This document shows, in pieces, positions 19,916 through 30,178 of a DNA stretch of 64,000 nt; the first letter of the stretch is position 1; every line of letters starts with the position of its first letter. The position numbers and the translations under genes are program-made. The stretch comes from Candidatus Latescibacterota bacterium (GTDB lineage Bacteria > Latescibacterota > UBA2968 > UBA8231): NCBI GenBank assembly GCA_965203175.1, contig OZ241867.1:1632001-1696000 (forward strand). Reading direction: 5' to 3'. A model generated the notes under the pieces. That model did no database searches and was not told the origin of the DNA. It saw only the letters and a list, made by a program, of their open reading frames with translations.

Positions 19916-21016
19916 TTGCCTACGAAAAAAGAACCCATTCGCGTCGCTGTTCTCGGCCAAGGCCGCTCTGGTCTCAACATCCACTGCCGCTACTTCAAAA
20001 CCGCCCCGCACAAATACCAAATAGTCGCCATCGCCGATCTCCTTGACGACCGCCGCCAGCGCGCCCAAAGCGAAATGGGCTGCGACGCGTACGCCGACTA
20101 CCGCGACCTTCTCGCGCGCGGCGATATCGACCTAGTCGTCAACGCCCTGCCCAGCCACCTCCATCCTCAAGCCACCATCGATTCCCTCAGCGCCGGCCAC
20201 CACACCATCTGCGAAAAACCCCTCGCCTGGAGCGTGGCCGAACTCGACACCATGATCGCCGCCGCCCACAAGGCAGATCGCCTGCTCCTCCCCTTCCAGC
20301 AATCGCGCAATGCGCCCCAATTTCAAAAGCTGCTCCAAGTCATTGATTCGGGCGTCCTCGGCCGCATTGTCCAAGTCTCAATCTCCTTCAGCGGTTTCGC
20401 CCGCCGCTGGGACTGGCAGACCCTGCAGGAGTACCGGGGCGGCAATCTGCTCAACACCGGCCCACACCCCATGGATCAAGCCATGCGCCTGCTCGACTTT
20501 AAAATGCCGGAGCAAATCCTCTGCGCCATGGATCGCGCCAGCACCTTCGGCGACGCCGAGGACTACGTCAAAATTCTATTGCGCACCAAAGACAAACCCG
20601 TCATCGACGTGGAAATCTCCTCCTGCACCACCTTCCCACAGCCCATGTACACCGTCCACGGCGAGCGCGGCGGCCTCTCCGGCGGCCCTGCGGGGCTGGC
20701 TTGGCGCTACTACGATCCGCAAAAGGCACCCGAGCAATCGCTCATCCGCAGCCCACTGCCCGGCCCGAGCTATTGCCGCGAAGAACTGAAAATGATCGAG
20801 CGGTCCTGGGGCCCCAACGAGAACGAGCAAAACTCGTTTGCCTATATGTCCAATGCTTATTACGACGGCGTATTCGCCGCGTTGCGGGAAGCAGCCCAAC
20901 CCGAGATCACGCCGCAACAGGTGCGCGTCCAAATTGCCGTCATCGAAGAATGCCACCGCCAGAACCACCTCTCCCAACTGCCGCCCCAAGGTTGGCCCAA
21001 GGAATGCACCACATGA
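19916..21016 (+). CDS. Gfo/Idh/MocA oxidoreductase
   Basis: GQGRSG..IH, CEKP, GGNLLNTGPH; TTG start with GGAG RBS. Confidence 0.9.
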   Translation: MPTKKEPIRVAVLGQGRSGLNIHCRYFKTAPHKYQIVAIADLLDDRRQRAQSEMGCDAYADYRDLLARGDIDLVVNALPSHLHPQATIDSLSAGHHTICEKPLAWSVAELDTMIAAAHKADRLLLPFQQSRNAPQFQKLLQVIDSGVLGRIVQVSISFSGFARRWDWQTLQEYRGGNLLNTGPHPMDQAMRLLDFKMPEQILCAMDRASTFGDAEDYVKILLRTKDKPVIDVEISSCTTFPQPMYTVHGERGGLSGGPAGLAWRYYDPQKAPEQSLIRSPLPGPSYCREELKMIERSWGPNENEQNSFAYMSNAYYDGVFAALREAAQPEITPQQVRVQIAVIEECHRQNHLSQLPPQGWPKECTT

Positions 21017-22038
21017 ACTCCGCCAAAGCGAACGCCCTCACTGCAGCCATCGCCAAGCTACCCCGCGTCCAGCTAGCTTCAATCCGCCCCACCCCGCTAG
21101 AGCCGCTGCCGCGCCTGACCGCTCACCTCGACAGCCCTGCGCTCTACATCAAGCGCGACGACCTGAACGGTCTGGCCTTTGGCGGCAACAAGACGCGGAT
21201 GTTCGAGTTTGCCCTAGCCGACGCCTTGGCCAAAGGTGCCGACACCATCGTCTCCGGCGCGGCAGTGCAGTCCAACTACTGCCGCCAACTCGCCGCAGCC
21301 TGCGCTAAACTAGACTTGGAACTGTACCTGCTCCTCCGGCCGGTGCGCGCAATTGACCACACTGAATCGCAGGGCAACAACCTACTACAGCACCTGCTCG
21401 GCGCACAGATCACCGTCCTAGCGGAAGGCGATTGGCACGCCCAACAAAACGCCATAGGAGCCAAGGTCGAAGAGCTTTCCGCACAGGGAAAAAACGCGTA
21501 CTGGCCGCGCCGCGAAGATACAATCGACCTCGACGCCATTGCCTATGCCGAAGCGGGCGTGGAAATTGCTCGCCAATGCCAAGAGCAGGGCATCGATCCG
21601 TCCTATCTCTACCTCTGTGCCCTCGATACCACCCAAGCCGGCTTGGCGTTAGGCCTAGCCTATATTGAGTCGCCGATCCAAGTCCGCGGCTTCAGCCCTT
21701 TCCCCGGTCCCGACAGCCACCACGAGGCCATGGCTTCCATCGCCAACCAAGCCGCCCGCCGCCTCGGCCTCGACATTGCCATGAGTGCCGCCGACTTTGA
21801 CAACGACAATTCCTTCGCTGGGGAGGGGTACGGCATCCCCACTCCCGCTGGCTTGGATGCCCTGCGCACGTTGGCGCGCAAAGAGGGCATTCTCCTCGAT
21901 CCCGTGTACACCAGCAAGGCCCTCGCCGGCCTTGTTGCCCACGTGCGCGACGGCAGGCTAGACGGCGAGGCGATCTTCCTGCACACCGGCGGCAACCCCG
22001 CCCTGTTCGCCTATGCTCAAGAAGTGCTCGCCGACTGA
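21013..22038 (+). CDS. PLP enzyme, D-cysteine desulfhydrase / cysteate sulfo-lyase family
   Basis: IKRDD..G.AFGGNKTR, GAAVQSN, EGILLDPVYTSKA, FLHTGG. Confidence 0.9.
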   Translation: MNSAKANALTAAIAKLPRVQLASIRPTPLEPLPRLTAHLDSPALYIKRDDLNGLAFGGNKTRMFEFALADALAKGADTIVSGAAVQSNYCRQLAAACAKLDLELYLLLRPVRAIDHTESQGNNLLQHLLGAQITVLAEGDWHAQQNAIGAKVEELSAQGKNAYWPRREDTIDLDAIAYAEAGVEIARQCQEQGIDPSYLYLCALDTTQAGLALGLAYIESPIQVRGFSPFPGPDSHHEAMASIANQAARRLGLDIAMSAADFDNDNSFAGEGYGIPTPAGLDALRTLARKEGILLDPVYTSKALAGLVAHVRDGRLDGEAIFLHTGGNPALFAYAQEVLAD

Positions 22039-22758
22039 ATGGATCCCTTTTTCCTGATCGGCGTCTCCTTCCTGACCTCGACCTTTACCGCCATCATCGG
22101 CGTGGGCGGCGGTATCGCGCTGATCTCGGTCATGCCGGGCTTGCTGCCCGCCGCAGCCATCATCCCCGTCCACGGGGCCGTGCAACTCGCCTCCAACGCC
22201 AGCCGCGTATTCTTTGGTCTGCGCCACATCGAGTGGCGCATCTTCTGGCCCTTCTCGGGTGGCTCAGTCCTCGGTGCTGTCGTGGGGGCACAGGTCGTCG
22301 GCGACTTTAGCTTCGACGATCTCCCCTTGTACCTGGGCGTCTTCATCCTCCTCGTCATCTGGGTTCCCGTGCCCAGCCGCGCTTTTCGCCTTCCCGGCCA
22401 CTTTGCCATTTTCGGTGCCCTCCAGACCTTCCTCGCCCTCTTCGTCGGCGTCGCCGGGCCCCTGAGCGGTGCCTTCTTAGCCAGCGCAGGTTTGCCCAAG
22501 GACCGCTTGGTCATTACCCACGGCACGGTCATGACCGTCACCCACCTGTGCAAAATCTTGGTCTTCGGCTTTGTCGGTTTCACCTTCGCTCCTTATCTGC
22601 CTCTCATCGCCGGGATGATTGGCGCGGCGGCGCTCGGCTCGTGGTGCGGGACGCGCTTGCGCGACCGGGTTTCCGAAAACCTCTTCCGCAAAGTCTTCAG
22701 GATAGTGATCACGCTCCTCTGTTTGCGCATGATCGTAGATGCGCTCTATGCGGCTTAG
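22039..22758 (+). CDS. TauE/SafE sulfite exporter family
   Basis: GVGGG, AIIPVHGAVQL.SN.SR, about 8 TM segments. Confidence 0.85.
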   Translation: MDPFFLIGVSFLTSTFTAIIGVGGGIALISVMPGLLPAAAIIPVHGAVQLASNASRVFFGLRHIEWRIFWPFSGGSVLGAVVGAQVVGDFSFDDLPLYLGVFILLVIWVPVPSRAFRLPGHFAIFGALQTFLALFVGVAGPLSGAFLASAGLPKDRLVITHGTVMTVTHLCKILVFGFVGFTFAPYLPLIAGMIGAAALGSWCGTRLRDRVSENLFRKVFRIVITLLCLRMIVDALYAA

Positions 22759-22823
22759 AGGCAGTCGGTTGCAGAAGCGAACTTCGCGGGCTTATTTTAG
22801 TAACTCTTGTAAAGGAAACCTCT

Positions 22824-23564
22824 ATGAACGAACTCGAACAAGCCATCCAAGAAATTGAAATCTACGGCTTCACCCTGCTCGAAAGCGTTCTCGATTCCGA
22901 CACGGCCGCGGCCATGCGCCAAGCCCTGATCCGCTGCGAACAAGAGCACGGCACTGAACACACTAGTCGCGGCTCGGCCCGCCACGTGGCCAATCTCCCG
23001 GTCATGGATCGCATCTTCCACCAGTGCATTGACCACCCCCGCGTCTTGCCCATCCTCGAACACTTTCTCGAGCCCTCGCTGATTTTGGGCAGCCTCAATT
23101 CGCGTATCGTCCGCCCCGGCGACGGCTTCCAAAACCTGCACAGCGATATCCCCGCCTATATGCTCAACATGGACACGCCGGTGATGATGAATACGGTGTG
23201 GATGCTCGACGACTTTAGCCCTGAAATCGGCGGCACTCGCGTGGTGCCCGGCTCGCACAAGAGCGGTCTCGCCGCACCCCCGGAGGGATTCGCAGTCCAG
23301 CACGAGGTGCAGCCCACCGCCCCAGCCGGCTCGGTGATCGTCTTCAACGGCCAGTGCTGGCACGGCGGCGGTGCCAACACCGGCGACCGCAACCGCCACG
23401 CCCTTTTCGGCCACTATAGAAAGCACATGTTGGTCTTCCAACTCGACCCACACGACGGCTTCCCACCCGAGTGGTGGGACAGCTTGAGCCCGCGCCAGCG
23501 CCAACTGATGAGGATGCAAAACGGCCCGGGTGCCCTGCATGCCGCCGATGTGCATTTTCGCTAG
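22824..23564 (+). CDS. PhyH-family dioxygenase
   Basis: LHSD, WMLDDFS..GGTRVVPGSH, WHGGGAN. Confidence 0.9.
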   Translation: MNELEQAIQEIEIYGFTLLESVLDSDTAAAMRQALIRCEQEHGTEHTSRGSARHVANLPVMDRIFHQCIDHPRVLPILEHFLEPSLILGSLNSRIVRPGDGFQNLHSDIPAYMLNMDTPVMMNTVWMLDDFSPEIGGTRVVPGSHKSGLAAPPEGFAVQHEVQPTAPAGSVIVFNGQCWHGGGANTGDRNRHALFGHYRKHMLVFQLDPHDGFPPEWWDSLSPRQRQLMRMQNGPGALHAADVHFR

Positions 23565-23574
23565 GAGGCAGAAC

Positions 23575-25626
23575 ATGCTGAGCACCCGCAGCTTCGCGCT
23601 CATCCTTGGTATTGGGTTTCTAGCTCCAACCGTCCTAAAGGCTGAAGTGACGACTTGGCAACTTGGCGGCAGCCAGCCTTGGACCGGCCAAGATACAGTC
23701 AGCATTATGATTGACTTTGAGCGCGTCCCTGGTGCCATTCAGCCGGTGCGCGTCGAGCCGGGCGTCAACATCATTTCCCTGCTCAGCAACTGGACCACCT
23801 TCCGCCAGCCCAAAGACCTAGGCTATATCGACGGCGAGCGCCCCCGCATCTGGAAGTGGAACGAAGGCAACGGCGACCCAACCGAAAACGGCGTCGCACT
23901 CATTGATGCCGACAGCACCACGTACAATTCCTCCAAGGCCGAGGGCATTGGCAAGCAGTTTTTCACTATCGACTTGGCCGTGCCCGTGCCGGCGCACACC
24001 TTCGGCTTCCACACTCCTTCGGGCGGTTTCCGCTCCGACGGCACGCCGCTGCGCACGGATTCGACGCCGGCCTTTCAAATCTCGATCCAAGAGGAAAACA
24101 GCGATATTTTCGCCATCAAAGGCCCGCTGCCCCTCGCGAGGATCGTCGCCGAGCCGACGCAAAATTTTGCGCCTGACGTGCGCATTGGTTTCGACCAGCA
24201 ATACGTGCGCTTCTTTCGCTGGGCCCGCAAATTCTCCATCATCGACGAGACGGCCTTGACCCGCGTTAGCGGCACGTCCGGCGGCCAAGGCAATCAGGCC
24301 CGCTCGCTCTTGGGCACCATCAGCGAGTTTGAGGTCTATGGCGAGGGCTTTCCCAAGCGAGCCACGTACCGCTCCAAAATCATCGACCTCGGGGCCGAAC
24401 AAAACTTTGGCCGACTGTTCTTTACCGCCACGCCGATGCGCTTTGTCGGTAGCGAGGCCGTCGAGGCCCCTGATGCACGGGCCTTCGCCGAGATCGAGAT
24501 TCGCACGGGCCGAGACGACGACCCGAACATCTATCACGAGTACACGGTCACCGGCAAGGAGAAGGTCGTCTCCCGCGCCCGCTACGAGAACGATCTCCGC
24601 ACTGGGTTTGCCCGCACGTGCGCCTCCTGTGACTTTGTCCAGCGCAGCCCCCGTCCTGGAATGCGGGCCGCAATTACCTACGACCGCGATAACTGGACCT
24701 TCTGGTCAACGCCCACGACCCAGTCTGGTCTGCCGCTCAACCTCGACAGTGGCTCCTTCATACAGGTGTTCATCACGCTGCACAGTACTCGCTTTGCGGA
24801 TTTTGTGCGCTTGGATTCGCTGTGGATCGAGCGGGCACCGCTGTTGGCAGCGCGCGTCCTCGGCGAAGTGGCCCCACTCGACGATCCACGGCCCACACAC
24901 GGATTCGGCGAGGTGGCCTTGGGCGAAATGGTCGAGTTTGCGTACGACCTATCGGCCTCCTTCTCAGGGGGAAATCAGCGCGGCTTCGACCAAGTGCGTA
25001 TCCAAACGGGTGCCCGGCCCGCGTTCAAAGAGTTACTCGTCGGTGGCCAAGCGACCGACCCAGCCGCCGTCCGCGAAGAGGACAATGGGCTGACAGTAGT
25101 TCTACCCGAGCGCGTTACCCGCGCCAACAACGCGCCGTTGCGCATCGTCTTTGCCGCAGAAGTGTTTGAACTGGCTACCACATTCTTGGGCACTGTTACC
25201 GACTCGGAGATCGAGACCTTGCCCCAACCCATTGTCTCTGGCGACGCCAGCGAATTGCTCTCCACTAACAGTCTGCGCGTTCTCAGCGTTTCGGATCAGC
25301 AACCCACTCAGGTGCAAAACTTGCGCTTTTCAACGCCCGTGTTGACGCCTAATGGCGACGACGTTCACGACGAACTCCGCGTGGCCTATGCCCTCTATGG
25401 TTTGCCAGAACAAGTACCCGTCGAACTGGTGATCTACACACTCGACGGTCGCCACGTGGCGACCGTGCCCCAAGGCTTGCAAACGGCCGGTCCGCAAATG
25501 GCCCGCTGGGATGGACGCGACGCACAGGGTGCTGCCCTGCCTCCGGGCGTGTACCTAATCTCCGTAACCCTGCAATCCGAGCGCCGCGCTGCCGCCGTGC
25601 TCCGCCCCGTGGGCATAGCGTACTGA
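23575..25626 (+). CDS. Secreted protein with C-terminal FlgD-Ig-like domain
   Basis: Signal peptide; C-terminal TPNGDDVHD...IYTLDGR...WDGRD..G..LPPGVY. Confidence 0.8.
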   Translation: MLSTRSFALILGIGFLAPTVLKAEVTTWQLGGSQPWTGQDTVSIMIDFERVPGAIQPVRVEPGVNIISLLSNWTTFRQPKDLGYIDGERPRIWKWNEGNGDPTENGVALIDADSTTYNSSKAEGIGKQFFTIDLAVPVPAHTFGFHTPSGGFRSDGTPLRTDSTPAFQISIQEENSDIFAIKGPLPLARIVAEPTQNFAPDVRIGFDQQYVRFFRWARKFSIIDETALTRVSGTSGGQGNQARSLLGTISEFEVYGEGFPKRATYRSKIIDLGAEQNFGRLFFTATPMRFVGSEAVEAPDARAFAEIEIRTGRDDDPNIYHEYTVTGKEKVVSRARYENDLRTGFARTCASCDFVQRSPRPGMRAAITYDRDNWTFWSTPTTQSGLPLNLDSGSFIQVFITLHSTRFADFVRLDSLWIERAPLLAARVLGEVAPLDDPRPTHGFGEVALGEMVEFAYDLSASFSGGNQRGFDQVRIQTGARPAFKELLVGGQATDPAAVREEDNGLTVVLPERVTRANNAPLRIVFAAEVFELATTFLGTVTDSEIETLPQPIVSGDASELLSTNSLRVLSVSDQQPTQVQNLRFSTPVLTPNGDDVHDELRVAYALYGLPEQVPVELVIYTLDGRHVATVPQGLQTAGPQMARWDGRDAQGAALPPGVYLISVTLQSERRAAAVLRPVGIAY

Positions 25627-25639
25627 GGGGGTGGGAACG

Positions 25640-27985
25640 ATGCGATTTCTTCTGCCGCTTGTCTGCGTCGCTTTTGCTGCTACGGTCGTTAGCAGCGAAA
25701 CCCTGACCTTTCAAGGGCAAGATGCTTGGGCGACTTGGCAGGCACCCTTCGGCCTGACCGAAGTGGGCGACAATGGCCAGCTACAACTCGTCAAGTTCCG
25801 CAAGGACATCAACGCAGTTGCTGATGCCCATCTTTTTTCCTATGAGAGCAAGAGCCGTGGGCAAACTACGGGCGGCATCTGGGAGGCGACCTCCAATCCA
25901 GCCGATGCAGACTACATCATCGACGGGGATCTCCAGACCTTTTGGCGTCCAGACCCGGCGGATGCCGTCGAGGACTGGGCCATTGAAATAGATTTGGGCC
26001 GCGCCGTGCTGGCCCGGGAGATACGCCTCGTCTTTCCCGACGAGGAGGGTGCGCGTCCCTTCCGCCAGTTTACCGTGTACGGCAGCCCGGGGACCCGCAT
26101 CTCAGTGCAAGACGACCTGGTGCTGCTAGAGCCGCTCTTCCGCACGACCCGACCCAACGCGGCCAGCGAACTCGTCATCCCCCTCGGGTTCACCGCCCGC
26201 GACAGTGTACTTCAGCTCGACGAGGGTTTGGGTCTCGACCCGGTGACCAAAAACAACTATCGGGTGATCCAGCGCATTCGCATTGAGGCCGAAGAAAAGA
26301 CCCCAGGCGCGGCATTGGCCGAGATCGAGGTCCGCGGCATCGGCGACAACATCAGCATTGGCACCATGCAGCGGGGTCGTTTTGTCAACGGAGTCAACTC
26401 AGTCGATCCGCAAAATCTCTTCGACGCCGACATGAACACCAACAACCTAATCGGCTCTTCGTATGGCAGTCTCGGCTGGAAGGATGGCGGGGTGTGGTTT
26501 GGAGTGGATTTGGGGGCGGTGTTTTTCGTCGATGAATTCTTTCTCTATTCCTTTAGACCCGACGAGGGCTTGGTGGGCTTTTCGATCAGAGGCACCGGCC
26601 CGGGCCATACCGTGCTCTATTCAGACGGCACCCACAGCCTCAGTTCCAATCTGCCCGTGCCCGATGCATTTGACTACACAGAGCTTCTGACCCACATCAA
26701 TCCCAACGCTGATCGCCTGCTCTACATTCGCTATATGTTCAAGCCGCGCAAGATGCGCTACTTCTTCTGGCACGGCATCAGGGACACCGGCTGGGGCATC
26801 GTCAAATGGGCCGAGTTCATGTTGTTCTCCCCGGGTTATCCCGCCGAAGTAGTATTGCACTCGGACTTTGTGGACTTGGGCCAGCTCGCGGGCGATGGTC
26901 GTCCAAAAGTCATCAAAAATCTCTCTTGGGATGCCGAGCTGGCCGCGGGCACCCGCCTGCAGTTGCGCTCGCGCTCGGGCAATTCGCTAGAGCCGGTCTA
27001 TACATTTTACAACAAGATCGGCGAACAGGTCACCGAGGAGAAGTGGAATAGTTCGCCCAAGGTGCTGCGCGGCCCGGTCGATACGACACTCGTGGTCGGC
27101 GAGGATTGGGGGGAATGGAGCAACGTCTATCAGTTCTCGGGTGAGGCATTCCAATCGGAAAGCCCGCGCCGCTTCATCCTGCTGGAGATGATCCTCTCCA
27201 CCGATGACCCAAGCGTGGCACCGGTGGTCCATTCGCTCTCGGTCGAGTTTGAGGACGCGCTGTTACAGGGCGCGGTGGGCCGCATTGAGCCGCGCCAAGC
27301 CAGCCCCAACGAGGACACCCGTTTTACCTATACGCTGTGGCCGCAGATGGAGGCTGAGGATTCGGGTTTCGACCTACTGCGCTTTACCGTGCCGGGCCGG
27401 ATTGACGCCGAGAACCTCGAGCTACACATCGGCCCTGCGCCAATTGCGCCCGCCCGCGTCGAGCAGCGAGGCGACTCGCTGTTGGTCGCCTTGCCGCACA
27501 TTGTGACCGAGGACTCGATTCGGGTGGGTTTCACTACGCGGGTTTTGCACAACGCCACGGTTTTTCCCCTCGATCTCGGGTTGAGCGAGCGGCCCGGCCT
27601 CTGGCAGTCGGTCGAGCCAGCCGAGCGCCGCTCTCAGGTAGTAATGCTCCCCGAACTAGCCGAGCACGGCCAACTCATCGACGCACTAGAACTGGCCTCG
27701 CCCGTGATCACGCCCAACGGCGACGGGGTCAACGACGCGCTCGACATGCGCTTTGTGGTCTTCAAGCTAGACGCGGCGACCCCCACGCTCGCGCTCTACG
27801 ACCTAGCGGGCCGCCAAATCGCTGCGGTCGAATCCACGCCGACCGCAACGGGCCATCGCTTCACTTGGACGGCTCGCGACGAGTCGGGGACCTTAGTCGC
27901 ACCGGGCATGTATCTCTATCGCCTCGATCTGGGGGCCGAGTCGGGGCCAGGGACGCACACGGGTGCGATCTCTGTTGTCTATTAA
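25640..27985 (+). CDS. Secreted protein with discoidin-like regions and C-terminal FlgD-Ig-like domain (paralogue of the upstream gene)
   Basis: Signal peptide; IDGD..TFW, IEIDLG; C-terminal TPNGDGVND...LYDLAGR...PGMYLY. Confidence 0.8.
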   Translation: MRFLLPLVCVAFAATVVSSETLTFQGQDAWATWQAPFGLTEVGDNGQLQLVKFRKDINAVADAHLFSYESKSRGQTTGGIWEATSNPADADYIIDGDLQTFWRPDPADAVEDWAIEIDLGRAVLAREIRLVFPDEEGARPFRQFTVYGSPGTRISVQDDLVLLEPLFRTTRPNAASELVIPLGFTARDSVLQLDEGLGLDPVTKNNYRVIQRIRIEAEEKTPGAALAEIEVRGIGDNISIGTMQRGRFVNGVNSVDPQNLFDADMNTNNLIGSSYGSLGWKDGGVWFGVDLGAVFFVDEFFLYSFRPDEGLVGFSIRGTGPGHTVLYSDGTHSLSSNLPVPDAFDYTELLTHINPNADRLLYIRYMFKPRKMRYFFWHGIRDTGWGIVKWAEFMLFSPGYPAEVVLHSDFVDLGQLAGDGRPKVIKNLSWDAELAAGTRLQLRSRSGNSLEPVYTFYNKIGEQVTEEKWNSSPKVLRGPVDTTLVVGEDWGEWSNVYQFSGEAFQSESPRRFILLEMILSTDDPSVAPVVHSLSVEFEDALLQGAVGRIEPRQASPNEDTRFTYTLWPQMEAEDSGFDLLRFTVPGRIDAENLELHIGPAPIAPARVEQRGDSLLVALPHIVTEDSIRVGFTTRVLHNATVFPLDLGLSERPGLWQSVEPAERRSQVVMLPELAEHGQLIDALELASPVITPNGDGVNDALDMRFVVFKLDAATPTLALYDLAGRQIAAVESTPTATGHRFTWTARDESGTLVAPGMYLYRLDLGAESGPGTHTGAISVVY

Positions 27986-28150
27986 AACCAGATAAAATTA
28001 ACGGGATTGGCAGGATTTATGGGATTAGGTCTGTCGCTTATGAAAGTTCAACACTGTTTTGGTGAAACGATGCGGTTTGTAACGAATGCCCTGTTATCTA
28101 TGCTTCTCTTTCTCCCTTCCATCGCCTTCACAACTCAAAGGAGTTCCACT

Positions 28151-29224
28151 ATGAGTGACTATCTCGTCTATATCGGCACCTATTCCAGCGGCGACGAGGA
28201 CGGCATCCATGTCTATCGCCTCGACATGGCCACCGGTGCGCTCGCGCATCAAAGCAGCATTGGCGGCATTGACAATCCGTCCTTCCTCGACATCGCGCCC
28301 AACCGCCGCTTCCTCTACGCCATCGGCGAGACCAGTGCGGTCGGCGACCGGCCCGGCGGCGCGGTTGCGGCCTTTGCCATTGACCAACAGAGCGGAGCCC
28401 TCACCCACATCAACACCGAATCGACCGTTGGCCCCGGCCCCTGCCACATCAGCATCGACCGCGCTGGTAAGTACGCGCTAGCCGCCAACTACGGCGGCGG
28501 CAGCGTCGCCATCCTGCCAATCCGCGAAGATGGCTCGCTCGGCCCGGCTACGGATTTCGTCCAACACGAGGGTTCTTCTGTCAACCCAGGCCGCCAAGAG
28601 GGGCCACATGCCCACTCGATTATGGTCGCCCCCAACAACAAACACGCCTTTGCCCCCGACTTGGGCATCGACAAGGTGCTCATCTATGCGATCAACCACG
28701 AAAATGGCAAGCTCGTCGCGCAGACGCCTGCGGAAATCGCTCCCGGCAGCGGCCCGCGCCATCTCGCCTTCCACCCCGACAGCCAACGGGCTTACGTCAT
28801 CAACGAGTTGAGCAACACCATCACGGCGTTTGACTACGACGCCGACGCCGGCACGCTCGCCACCATCCAGACCATCTCGACGCTGCCCGACGGCTATGCG
28901 GAGGTCAGCCACACCGCCGACATCCACGTCCACCCCAATGGCCGCTTCCTCTACGGATCCAATCGCGGCCACGACTCCATTGCCGTCTATGCTATCGATC
29001 AAGACAATGGCCAACTCGCACTCGTCGAGATCGTGCCAACCGGCGGTGCCAATCCGCGCAACTTCGGCCTCGACCCCACGGGCACCTACCTAATCGTCGG
29101 CAACCACAGCACCGACGACATCTTCACCTTCCGCGTTGATCCAGACACCGGCAAGCTCACGCCCACCGGCCACAAGGCCGAAGTCGGCACGCCCGTGTGC
29201 CACAAATTCATTCCGGTTTTTTAG
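28151..29224 (+). CDS. pgl: 6-phosphogluconolactonase (YbhE/YkgB beta-propeller)
   Basis: YIGTY, NPSFL, GPCH, ANYGGG, HAH, GSGPRH, SNRGHDSI, PRNF. Confidence 0.9.
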   Translation: MSDYLVYIGTYSSGDEDGIHVYRLDMATGALAHQSSIGGIDNPSFLDIAPNRRFLYAIGETSAVGDRPGGAVAAFAIDQQSGALTHINTESTVGPGPCHISIDRAGKYALAANYGGGSVAILPIREDGSLGPATDFVQHEGSSVNPGRQEGPHAHSIMVAPNNKHAFAPDLGIDKVLIYAINHENGKLVAQTPAEIAPGSGPRHLAFHPDSQRAYVINELSNTITAFDYDADAGTLATIQTISTLPDGYAEVSHTADIHVHPNGRFLYGSNRGHDSIAVYAIDQDNGQLALVEIVPTGGANPRNFGLDPTGTYLIVGNHSTDDIFTFRVDPDTGKLTPTGHKAEVGTPVCHKFIPVF

Positions 29225-29230
29225 GAATAG

Positions 29231-29280
29231 GCGGCAGGGCGTGCAACGTTGCTATTGGACCGCGTTGTACGCCCTGTCGT
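29231..29280. terminator. Stem-loop after pgl
   Basis: GGCAGGGCGTGCAACG ... CGTTGTACGCCCTGTC inverted repeat with G-U pairs. Confidence 0.55.
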
Positions 29281-29343
29281 TGAATGTCTAGCGCCGGTCA
29301 GGCACATCGCACCGTATTGGGAAAGGGGTTTGCACAACGAGCT

Positions 29344-30003
29344 ATGGCTCGGGCGATCATTTTTGACTTTGACCTTACACTAGCGGACTCAACAAAAGGC
29401 ATCATTGAGTGTGTCAATTTTGCGTTGGAAAGGTTGAATCTGCCCCAAGCCGATGACGAGCGAATAAAGCGAACTATCGGTATGTCTTTGGGGAATACCT
29501 TCCTGAGTCTGACTGGGCAAACAAACAATCAGAACGTCAACTTGTTCATAAGCAACTTTGTCGAACGAGCTGATCAGGTTATGGCGGACTTAACGTCCAT
29601 GTTTGATAGGGTTCCCGCGACAACTGAGCGGTTGATTGAAATGGGTTTTGCATTGGGAATCGCGTCGACGAAATTCCGCTATAGAATTGAGGAGATCCTA
29701 GCGAGAGAAGGGCTGTCCAATCGCTTTCGCGTCATCATCGGCGGAGAAGATGTTACCGAACACAAGCCTCATCCCAGCGCTTTGACAACCGCTATCTCTA
29801 GAATGCAAATGGATGCTAATGACGTACTTTACGTTGGCGACAGTACGATTGATGCGTTAACAGCCGAACGGGCCAAGGTGCCCTTTATTGCGGTACTATC
29901 AGGCGCTACGAGCAAAAGTGAATTTGACGAAGTTCCCAAAATTGCGGTTATCGATGATATTTCAGCGCTGCCTCGATTGCTTCGTAATTATCGAAGTCTT
30001 TGA
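29344..30003 (+). CDS. HAD phosphatase (phosphoglycolate phosphatase-like), lower GC
   Basis: IFDFDLTLADS, ASTK, HKPHP, YVGDS. Confidence 0.85.
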   Translation: MARAIIFDFDLTLADSTKGIIECVNFALERLNLPQADDERIKRTIGMSLGNTFLSLTGQTNNQNVNLFISNFVERADQVMADLTSMFDRVPATTERLIEMGFALGIASTKFRYRIEEILAREGLSNRFRVIIGGEDVTEHKPHPSALTTAISRMQMDANDVLYVGDSTIDALTAERAKVPFIAVLSGATSKSEFDEVPKIAVIDDISALPRLLRNYRSL

Positions 30004-30175
30004 GCAGTTCGGCGTTACCTTCTCTCAGAGGTTTGACGCGACATTCCATTCTCGTCAGATCACTAGCGACCAGAGTTACTTCTGACGATCCAATCCGCTC
30101 GTCAACGGCTGTAGCAAAGCCCTCGACTTGTTCAACGGTATAGATAACAGGGGCCGCGTCTAGGTAAAGCCGCAT
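29948..30175 (-). pseudogene. Truncated PIN/VapC toxin
   Basis: MRLYLDAAPVIY...SDLTRMECRVKPLR is a PIN N-terminal half; only 75 aa and overlapped by the convergent HAD gene. Confidence 0.7.
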
Positions 30176-30178
30176 AGG

